Below are positions 18,401-24,166 of a stretch of DNA of 24,166 bases, piece after piece. Numbering within the stretch: position 1 is the stretch's first letter; every line of letters begins with the position of its first letter. A program made the position numbers and the translations under genes. Origin of the DNA: a virus (Duplodnaviria > Caudoviricetes); the IMG/VR virus record IMGVR_UViG_3300042353_000010, positions 1 to 24,166 of that record; one strand, written 5' to 3'. The notes under the pieces are model-generated. The model was not told where the DNA came from. It worked only from the letters and a program-made list of their open reading frames with translations, and did not search any database.

Positions 18401-18811
18401 ATAAACAGCCTTACACCGACACTTATCGGAGTGCAAAGCGGCTTTGAGCAAATTTACGTTAATGGCGCACAATTTAACGAAGTTGATTATGACCTAGCAA
18501 CTAATACGTTTAGCGGCTTTCCTGCACCAGTCACAGGTAAGGTTGAGTTAATTTTGTTTGCACCTAACAACTTAGGCATACCTTGTAGCAACATTACAAA
18601 CACGGTTGCTTATACAATTATTGGTTTATTACCTTACAATTTTCCAAACAATCCATTAGCAATGCAAATCTACGCAAATGGCGCATTGCTTCCCAAAGGC
18701 GCAGGTTACGACTACACGCCTTATTCAACTGGCTACACTCTAGCGGTTGCTTACCAAAATGACGTTACCTTGCTTAATCAGCAAACATTTGCACGAATCG
18801 GAGCAGCATAA
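15425..18811 (+). CDS. Tail tip attachment/central fibre protein (lambda J-like)
   Basis: 1128 aa; KIPVVYG, DYLINTRYGA, RFKFNG, QLDAGDIVTV, KLFRL, then an FnIII-like segment (GNWYFFSRMVNSLGKS) and C-terminal beta-sandwich-like repeats. Confidence 0.82.
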   Translation: MMFKLALILFALTYSVESFAIGVTIVTAIGLAAYSATLAAVAAMAINMVVAAVISKAFFSPTQPSSAGGTDAISGGSPNPGNRQQIPPATDNKIPVVYGTAWVGGAIVDLSITSDNQKLYYCLALSEVTNTNQGQTADTITFGTIYYGGKRVVFDPTEQFKVIELVDDSTGIVDTSIAGKINIYLYSNGSNSPTNSSQSAISLMNSAGLTYTWANSKLFTNCAFAIVQITYSQTANIRGIEQTKFQVINSRNSAGDCIQDYLINTRYGAALPLAQINTTSLTALNVYSNQNFTYTTYTGSTTTQPRFKFNGTVDTNRTVMDNLQDMSSCCDALIKYNEVTAQWGVIVQSPTYTVAMALNDSNIVSAISVSPTDIAASYNFIECKFPDSSNQDAFNASNFDLAQIAPNLLYPNEPVNKISLSLPFVNNNVQAQYIANRVLKSAREDLIVQADTNYIGIQLDAGDIVTVTNTSYGWTDKLFRLNKVNQTFTDDGAIIVKLAMSEFNPAVFDDVNITQFTPSVNTGIGSPLFFGTIPTPIATDAGRFAAEPYISVDITTPTSGIVQYSEIWYSAFQFPNEDQRVFAGTTQVQSSGNPYPAGAVIPTAFIVNIPAGNWYFFSRMVNSLGKSNYSPASTLLRWTPQTFQYVDRYVLVAYGTSNVGAGFSLNPRTKTYYGLANSNSANPSLVAADYTWYLAVPEAFGTDNFVIFANRNNRKFTFAVDNAATAGIGGAFVPTETSVYDPTLWSGLPDGTNVIDLDARTGQLTKVGTSSISSADGLLSVTNNTQGTMVVSLQKFLNFGNGVYSQSLSPSTLTIDVYGRVIGFSAEDDFFYSDYVFTATAGQTSFSVTHVLGQALVFQNGVLLPTSDYTETTSTIVLDTACVVGEVVEVIAMRVVSALDTYDALGITVASGGASVTYTGLPFQALSAGDQLTFANTGAPTVYTIATVNMSTKVITFTATPTEATVGDSIYIFTATGAEYKPFVRYEFDVTAINSLTPTLIGVQSGFEQIYVNGAQFNEVDYDLATNTFSGFPAPVTGKVELILFAPNNLGIPCSNITNTVAYTIIGLLPYNFPNNPLAMQIYANGALLPKGAGYDYTPYSTGYTLAVAYQNDVTLLNQQTFARIGAA

Positions 18812-19518
18812 TGACACAAGCATATAACTTATCGCAGCTTGCCAATAACCTAACAAGCGCAGGATTGCTTGACGCTTCAGACGGTTTGGTGAATGCTGTT
18901 CCTATTGCAAACGGCGGCACAGGAGCGACCACACAGTCAGGTGCAAGGACTAACCTTGGCGTTGCTGCTTCGGCGTTTAGCGTCCCAACTGGCGGTATCA
19001 TTATGTGGTCAGGCTCTATAGCCTCCATTCCTGCGGGTTGGTTTATTTGTGATGGGACAAACGGCACTCCAAACCTGACTAACCGCTTTGTTGTAATGGC
19101 AGGCGGTGCGTATGCGGTGGGTGCTTCTGGTGGCTCGGCTGACGCTATTGTGGTTAGTCATACACACACGGCTACGGCGGGTAATCAGTCAGTAAACCAC
19201 GTTCATACAATGAACTTTAATACGAGTACAGCTAGCGTAAACCACAATCACGGCATTCAAAATTATGATAGCCTTAGTGGAACACAAAGGGATGTATTTG
19301 ATGCCATTCAAGTTTTTAATACCGCAGGATCGGCTAGTGCAACAAATTTTGCACCAACGGCTGATGCAGGTGGTGACCACGTTCACGCTGTAAACGGCTC
19401 TACCGCAGGAGTAAGCGCAGACCATAACCACGCTATTACTGTTGCAACCCAAGGTTCATCAGGCACAAATGCTAACCTTCCACCCTATTACGCACTAGCT
19501 TATATTATGAAATCCTAA
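18811..19518 (+). CDS. Short tail fibre with tail-collar domain and His-x-His repeats
   Basis: PTGGIIMWSGSIASIPAGWFICDGTNGTPNLTNRFV (collar), five HxH motifs, C-terminal NANLPPYYALAYIMK. Confidence 0.85.
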   Translation: MTQAYNLSQLANNLTSAGLLDASDGLVNAVPIANGGTGATTQSGARTNLGVAASAFSVPTGGIIMWSGSIASIPAGWFICDGTNGTPNLTNRFVVMAGGAYAVGASGGSADAIVVSHTHTATAGNQSVNHVHTMNFNTSTASVNHNHGIQNYDSLSGTQRDVFDAIQVFNTAGSASATNFAPTADAGGDHVHAVNGSTAGVSADHNHAITVATQGSSGTNANLPPYYALAYIMKS

Positions 19519-19590
19519 TAAAATAAACAGACAAGACATGATAAACCCGCTGTGAGTACATAGACGGGAATGCCAAGTAAAGGATAAATC

Positions 19591-20070
19591 ATGCCAGTAT
19601 TTAATAAAGCAACCCTCACACAAGTGAGTGGTTTTGACAACCCCATTATTGCGGGTGAGCTTGTCTACCAACAGCGTACATTTTGGAATCTGTCATTTAC
19701 TAACGGGGCTACTCCGGTTAACCTGACAGGCGCAACCATCAATGCACAGATCATCCGCAGGCTTTTAACTAATGTTAAAGATAGCCGTTACGGTTTGACC
19801 TTTGACATCTCAGACTACAGCCCACCACCAGTAGCAGTACCGTTGACGATTACCAATCGAGTAGACGCAAACGGAACATTTACATTAGTCATTGATGCGG
19901 ATGCTTGGGCATTAGTTGCCAACGACCCAGAATTAGACATTGCCTCAATTAACGGCGCAGGATTTAGTGGTCGAATTAAGATCAGCTTTCCTGCGGCTGG
20001 AACAACTCCGGCAGAGGACAACATTATATTTTTGTTGTTTCTTGTCCGTTCTGACGCAATTGTGAACTGA
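19591..20070 (+). CDS. Virion structural protein, probable fibre adaptor (BppU N-terminal-like)
   Basis: VNLTGATINAQI...ITNRVDANGTFTLVI pattern; AAGGA RBS; precedes a fibre gene. Confidence 0.55.
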   Translation: MPVFNKATLTQVSGFDNPIIAGELVYQQRTFWNLSFTNGATPVNLTGATINAQIIRRLLTNVKDSRYGLTFDISDYSPPPVAVPLTITNRVDANGTFTLVIDADAWALVANDPELDIASINGAGFSGRIKISFPAAGTTPAEDNIIFLLFLVRSDAIVN

Positions 20071-20078
20071 GGTTAGTC

Positions 20079-21539
20079 ATGGCAAATTTAAATGTAACCG
20101 TTCAAGACGGCAATAATATCAATGTTGAAGTTACTCCAACTGCTCAACAAACAATAACGATTGATCGTGGCGTATCAGGTGTCGGCATTGAAAGCGTAGG
20201 CATTGTTTTTATTGCTCCTAATTATTTTCTTGAGTTTACTTACACAGACGGAACAACGGAGTTAGTAGAACTGCCTGCTATTGCAAGCGGAGTGGTGTCG
20301 TTTAATACTCGAATCGGTGTAGTTACATTAACATCGGCAGACGTAACCACAGCGTTAGGCTACACACCACCAACACCGACAGGAACAGGCGCAAGCGGTA
20401 CATGGTCTATAAGTGTCAACGGTAACGCAGGGACAGTTACCAACGGAGTCTACACAACAGACACCGGAACTGTTACCAATACAATGCTTGCAGGCTCTAT
20501 CGCTAACTCTAAATTAGTTAACTCTGCAATTACCATTAACGGAAGCTCTACAGCCCTTGGTGGCTCGGTCAACGTAGGCACGGTTACAAGCGTTACAGGC
20601 ACAGCACCAGTAGTATCTAGTGGCGGTACAACACCTGCAATCTCAATGGCAGCGGCTACCACAGCGGTCAATGGATACTTGACTAGCACCGATTGGAATA
20701 CATTTAACAACAAAACAAGCAACACAGGAACGGTTACAAGCGTAGGCGGCACGGGAACGGTTAACGGTATTACCTTAACGGGAACAGTCACCACAAGCGG
20801 CAACATTACGCTAGGTGGCGCATTGTCGGGCGTTAACTTAGCCACTCAGGTAACTGGAACGCTTCCACCTGCAAACGGCGGTACAGGCATCACAGCACTT
20901 GGGACAGGCGTAGCAACCTTTTTAGGTACGCCAACATCAGCCAACCTAGCCGCAGCCGTAACGGATGAAACAGGCACAGGTGCGTTAGTGTTTGGCACAT
21001 CTCCAACCCTTACAGCACCAATTATTACAGGCGGTACATTTAATCCAACTACGTTACAAGAAAACGGTTCTCCTGTTGTAGTCCAAACAGACATCGGCAC
21101 AGCACCAAACGAAATCCCGCTTAATCAGTATCTTGGCAACTTAGCTTATCAGGACGCTGCAAACATTGCGGGTAACGTAGGTGTTGGTGGGGTTTTGACA
21201 GTACAAGCCGGAACTGCTGCGCTACCTTCTGTTACGCCAATAGGCGATACAAATACAGGTTTATTCTTTCCTGCTGCTGACACCATTGCTTTCTCTGAGG
21301 GCGGTGTTGAGGCGATGAGGATTGATAGCGTAGGTAACGTAGGCATTGGCGTTACCCCTAACGCATCAGCACTACTAGACGTACAAAGCACCACGAAAGG
21401 CGTGCGTATGCCTAACATGACTACCACGCAAAAAAATGCGATTGCAAGCCCTGCGGCTGGTCTGATGGTCTTTGATACTACTTTGTCTAAGCTATCGGTT
21501 TACTCAGGCGTAGCTTGGCAAACCATTACATCAGTTTAA
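20079..21539 (+). CDS. Thr/Gly-rich mosaic tail fibre-like protein
   Basis: VVSFNTRIGVVTL, repeated GTVT, ANGGTG, DTNTGLFFP, MRIDSVGNVGIG and SALLDVQSTTKG..P.MTT motifs typical of trimeric fibre shafts. Confidence 0.72.
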   Translation: MANLNVTVQDGNNINVEVTPTAQQTITIDRGVSGVGIESVGIVFIAPNYFLEFTYTDGTTELVELPAIASGVVSFNTRIGVVTLTSADVTTALGYTPPTPTGTGASGTWSISVNGNAGTVTNGVYTTDTGTVTNTMLAGSIANSKLVNSAITINGSSTALGGSVNVGTVTSVTGTAPVVSSGGTTPAISMAAATTAVNGYLTSTDWNTFNNKTSNTGTVTSVGGTGTVNGITLTGTVTTSGNITLGGALSGVNLATQVTGTLPPANGGTGITALGTGVATFLGTPTSANLAAAVTDETGTGALVFGTSPTLTAPIITGGTFNPTTLQENGSPVVVQTDIGTAPNEIPLNQYLGNLAYQDAANIAGNVGVGGVLTVQAGTAALPSVTPIGDTNTGLFFPAADTIAFSEGGVEAMRIDSVGNVGIGVTPNASALLDVQSTTKGVRMPNMTTTQKNAIASPAAGLMVFDTTLSKLSVYSGVAWQTITSV

Positions 21540-21548
21540 GGACACATT

Positions 21549-23348
21549 ATGGCAATCGCACAGAACTTCCCAACCATTGCACCATCACTCTCGCTTGACT
21601 TTGCAAACGTCCAAGCACTCGATCCTCGCATTACCTACGCCAGAGCAAGCACAGCCACCTACTATGGCACTCGCACGGCGTTAGCAGAGCAGAATTTGTT
21701 GTTACAGAGTCAGACGTTTGATAATGCGTCTTGGACTAAAGCACGAGTTACTGCAACGGCTGACGCTACAACTGCGCCAGACGGAACAACAACAGCCGAA
21801 TTACTTGTCGCTGATGTAAGCACATCACAAACACATTCAATACGACAATCTGTCACTACTTCAGTTTTAACTTATACGCTTTCTGTTTACGCAAAAGCAA
21901 GTGGTTTGTCGTGGATTCGTTTAAGCAATTCAACCCCTTCAGTAGCATTTGCCTTTTTTAATATTTCAACAGGAACTATTGGTACTGTTGGGGCAAACGC
22001 TAATGCCTTTATTTCTGATGTTGGAAATGGATGGTATCGTTGTTCTATAAACTTTACAGCAACTGCGGCATCAAACGCTTTTGACATTAACCTAGCCGAA
22101 ACAGATAACGCTACTCTATTTATTGGCGATGGTACTTCAGGCGTATTCCTTTGGGGCGCACAGCTAGAGCAACGCTCTGCCGTAACAGCCTACACCGTCA
22201 CAACCACACAGCCGATTACAAACTACATCCCTGTTTTAGAGACAGCGTTATCAGGCGTGGCGAGGTTCGATCACAACCCCACGACTTTTGAGAGTTTAGG
22301 TCTGTTGGTTGAGCAACAAAGTACGAATTTGATGACGTATAGTGATGATTTTAGTAATGCGGCTTGGACGAAAACGGCAGTAACAATTCAAAGCAATGTT
22401 TTTGTTGCACCTGATGGTACATTGACAATGGATAAACTTGTTCCGGACACAGGGACACAGTTATCAACGGTAAATACAAGTTACACGCCAACTACAGCTA
22501 TTCATGCTTATTCTGTGTATGCTAAAAAAGCAGAAAACCGCTATTTACAGTTAATGGTTAGCGGAGCTTCATCTGGATATGTAAATTTTGATTTGGAATT
22601 GGGAACGGTGTCCGATTCTTCTCTTTGGAGTGGAAGTATTCAAAGCGTAGGAAATGGATTGTATAGATGTATTGCTATTACGAATGCTCTTGTGGCTACC
22701 GCATCAACATGGAGAGTTGTTGTTGTACCATCCGGCACATCCGCTAGAGGTGCATCCATAACAGGCAACGGCTACAGCGGCATCTACATCTGGGGCGCAC
22801 AACTCGAAGCCTTAGCCTTCCCAACGTCCTACATCCCAACTGTAGCATCCCAAGTAACTCGTGCCGCTGATAGTGCGAGCATGACAGGGACGAATTTTAC
22901 GTCGTGGTTTAATAATGCTGAATTTAGCTTATACCAAGACATCCAGTTTCAAATTGGCTCTCCCGTGCGCCTTGGTGATACCTTTGCCAATAACATAGAA
23001 ACGATTAGAAACAATCAATTTTCGGCAGGAGTGTACGGATCTTTAAGTAATACTGCATTTCCAACGCAGTTCTATAGTGCTGCTGGTTCTCCTTCGTACC
23101 CTGTTAGCGCTTTTGTAGCAAACCAACGCCAAGTGACGGCTTTTGCTATGTCACTAAACTCCTTTGCGTCAGGGTATTCTGGTGCAGGGGCTACTGCTAC
23201 GCCAACTTACAATCCCGCAGCGGGAACATTTAGTGGGTTATATTTTGGTGGCGCTATTTTAGGTGCTAATTTCACAGGGCGCATCCGCAAAATTGCCTAT
23301 TACCCACTCCGCCTAAGCAACACCAATCTTCAAGCGTTAACAAGCTAA
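21549..23348 (+). CDS. Fibre/spike-like protein with two tandem carbohydrate-binding-like beta-sandwich domains
   Basis: Internal duplication NL...S..F.NA.WTK...APDGT...SVYAK...VGNG.YRC...WGAQLE occurring twice, 213 aa apart; also SLSLDFA, GLLVEQQSTN and TSYIPT...VTRAAD. Confidence 0.72.
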   Translation: MAIAQNFPTIAPSLSLDFANVQALDPRITYARASTATYYGTRTALAEQNLLLQSQTFDNASWTKARVTATADATTAPDGTTTAELLVADVSTSQTHSIRQSVTTSVLTYTLSVYAKASGLSWIRLSNSTPSVAFAFFNISTGTIGTVGANANAFISDVGNGWYRCSINFTATAASNAFDINLAETDNATLFIGDGTSGVFLWGAQLEQRSAVTAYTVTTTQPITNYIPVLETALSGVARFDHNPTTFESLGLLVEQQSTNLMTYSDDFSNAAWTKTAVTIQSNVFVAPDGTLTMDKLVPDTGTQLSTVNTSYTPTTAIHAYSVYAKKAENRYLQLMVSGASSGYVNFDLELGTVSDSSLWSGSIQSVGNGLYRCIAITNALVATASTWRVVVVPSGTSARGASITGNGYSGIYIWGAQLEALAFPTSYIPTVASQVTRAADSASMTGTNFTSWFNNAEFSLYQDIQFQIGSPVRLGDTFANNIETIRNNQFSAGVYGSLSNTAFPTQFYSAAGSPSYPVSAFVANQRQVTAFAMSLNSFASGYSGAGATATPTYNPAAGTFSGLYFGGAILGANFTGRIRKIAYYPLRLSNTNLQALTS

Positions 23349-23358
23349 AGGAAACAAC

Positions 23359-23580
23359 ATGAACACCCAACAAATGAAAGTGCAACTCCGTAATGACTGG
23401 AAGATTAAGCCAGAAGCCTTACAGATTAACGGCAAGGTGTTTAAGTTTATTCCAATGCACGAACTGACTGAAGATGACACAAGTATCTATGTCGGCGAAA
23501 CAGCAATGATGGCTGTAGACCCAAGCTACCCTGATGATGCACCCTCTTGGATTGCGTCTGGTGATTTAGTAACTGCTTAA
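23359..23580 (+). CDS. Hypothetical protein (73 aa)
   Basis: Strong AAGGA RBS; tight packing. Confidence 0.7.
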   Translation: MNTQQMKVQLRNDWKIKPEALQINGKVFKFIPMHELTEDDTSIYVGETAMMAVDPSYPDDAPSWIASGDLVTA

Positions 23581-23589
23581 GGAATAATT

Positions 23590-23901
23590 ATGTACACAGA
23601 TTTATATTTGAAATTTGCAGACGAAGTAGAAGCTATTGCTGTCCTCTACACAGTCACACCAAGCATTGAAATTGAAGGTGCTGTGACTGCGGATGCGGTG
23701 ATTACGCCTAACTACGCTAACATCGACACAATCGGCATTATCTACGAGCCAATGCCTGACCCACTACCAGAGCCACCACCAGAGCCTGTGCCTTACGTTG
23801 GCTGGTTTGTTAACGTCCGTGTAGTAGAGGGCGAGAACGCAGAGCCGCTAATGCCTTTTAGTATTGATCCACAGCCGTATCCTATGCGTATCTGGGCTTA
23901 A
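23590..23901 (+). CDS. Hypothetical acidic protein (103 aa), possible fibre partner or chaperone
   Basis: AAGGA RBS; DLYLKFADE...NIDTIGII...GWFVNVRV; Pro-rich insert. Confidence 0.7.
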   Translation: MYTDLYLKFADEVEAIAVLYTVTPSIEIEGAVTADAVITPNYANIDTIGIIYEPMPDPLPEPPPEPVPYVGWFVNVRVVEGENAEPLMPFSIDPQPYPMRIWA

Positions 23902-23916
23902 AGGAAGAGGTTTAAT

Positions 23917-24166
23917 ATGTCACAAGCAGGATTCACCCCAATCAAGCTCTATTCGTCCACGACGCCTACGGCAGTGCCGACTGCTGGAAATTTGGAACAA
24001 GGCGAGTTGGCGATCAATACCGCTGACGGTAAGATCTTCTACGAGGATAGCTCTGGCGTTGTTCAGGTTCTGGCAACTAAAGACGCCGCTGCGGGAAATT
24101 TTACGACGCTCGATGCAACAAACCTAGAGGTCACGAACCTCAAAGCCAAGGACGGTACGGCAGCGG
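23917..24166 (+). CDS. Tail fibre protein N-terminus (3' truncated)
   Basis: Manual translation MSQAGFTPIKLYSSTTPTAVPTAGNLEQGELAINTADGKIFYEDSSGVVQVL..., open to the window end. L..GELAIN..DGK is a fibre attachment motif seen in T4 long-fibre and Mtd-like N-termini; AAGGAAGAGG RBS. Not in the ORF track. Confidence 0.82.
   Translation, partial: MSQAGFTPIKLYSSTTPTAVPTAGNLEQGELAINTADGKIFYEDSSGVVQVLATKDAAAGNFTTLDATNLEVTNLKAKDGTAA

Noticed and set aside
1234-22087. Numerous minus-strand ORFs in the track (e.g. 4596..4997, 13169..13543, 20450..20845)
   Set aside because: All lie antisense to well-supported structural genes, have no recognisable motifs, and are the expected shadows of Gly/Ala/Thr-rich coding sequence.
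23750-23795. CCA-rich repeat encoding PMPDPLPEPPPEPVP
   Set aside because: Low-complexity linker, not an array.
23864-24127. Track ORF of 87 aa
   Set aside because: Wrong frame; the better-supported gene starts at ATG 23917 with a strong RBS and a fibre motif.
1-24166. Gene transfer agent, encapsulin, CRISPR array, tRNA or intron/intein interpretations
   Set aside because: The HNH-TerS-TerL module, 657-aa tape measure and fibre array fit a true phage; no spaced repeats or cloverleaf were seen, and TerL, portal and capsid are of normal length without obvious insertions.

Overview
This window is the all-plus-strand virion morphogenesis operon of an HK97/lambda-like long non-contractile-tailed phage (siphovirus-type), roughly 43-45% GC by spot checks. 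Gene order: partial HNH endonuclease (missed by the ORF track), small and large terminase, portal, prohead protease, major capsid protein, a second capsid paralogue, head-tail connector, head closure, tail terminator, two tail-tube paralogues, two small unknowns, HK97-gp10-like protein, tail chaperones G/GT (lambda-identical GGGAAAG -1 frameshift), tape measure, distal/tip proteins, a GNAT-fold protein, a large tip (J-like) protein, and a long mosaic array of fibre/adhesin genes running off the right edge. No integrase, lysis, replication or RNA genes are visible. The most unusual points are: (1) both major shell-building genes (capsid and tail tube) occur as intact tandem paralogues, and the tube pair shows clear purifying selection, suggesting a heteromeric virion; (2) a manual scan found no GGCC or CGCG in 24 kb; (3) an acetyltransferase-like gene sits inside the tail-tip cluster next to a tip protein with a signal-peptide-like N-terminus. 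All family calls rest on motifs and synteny, not database searches.
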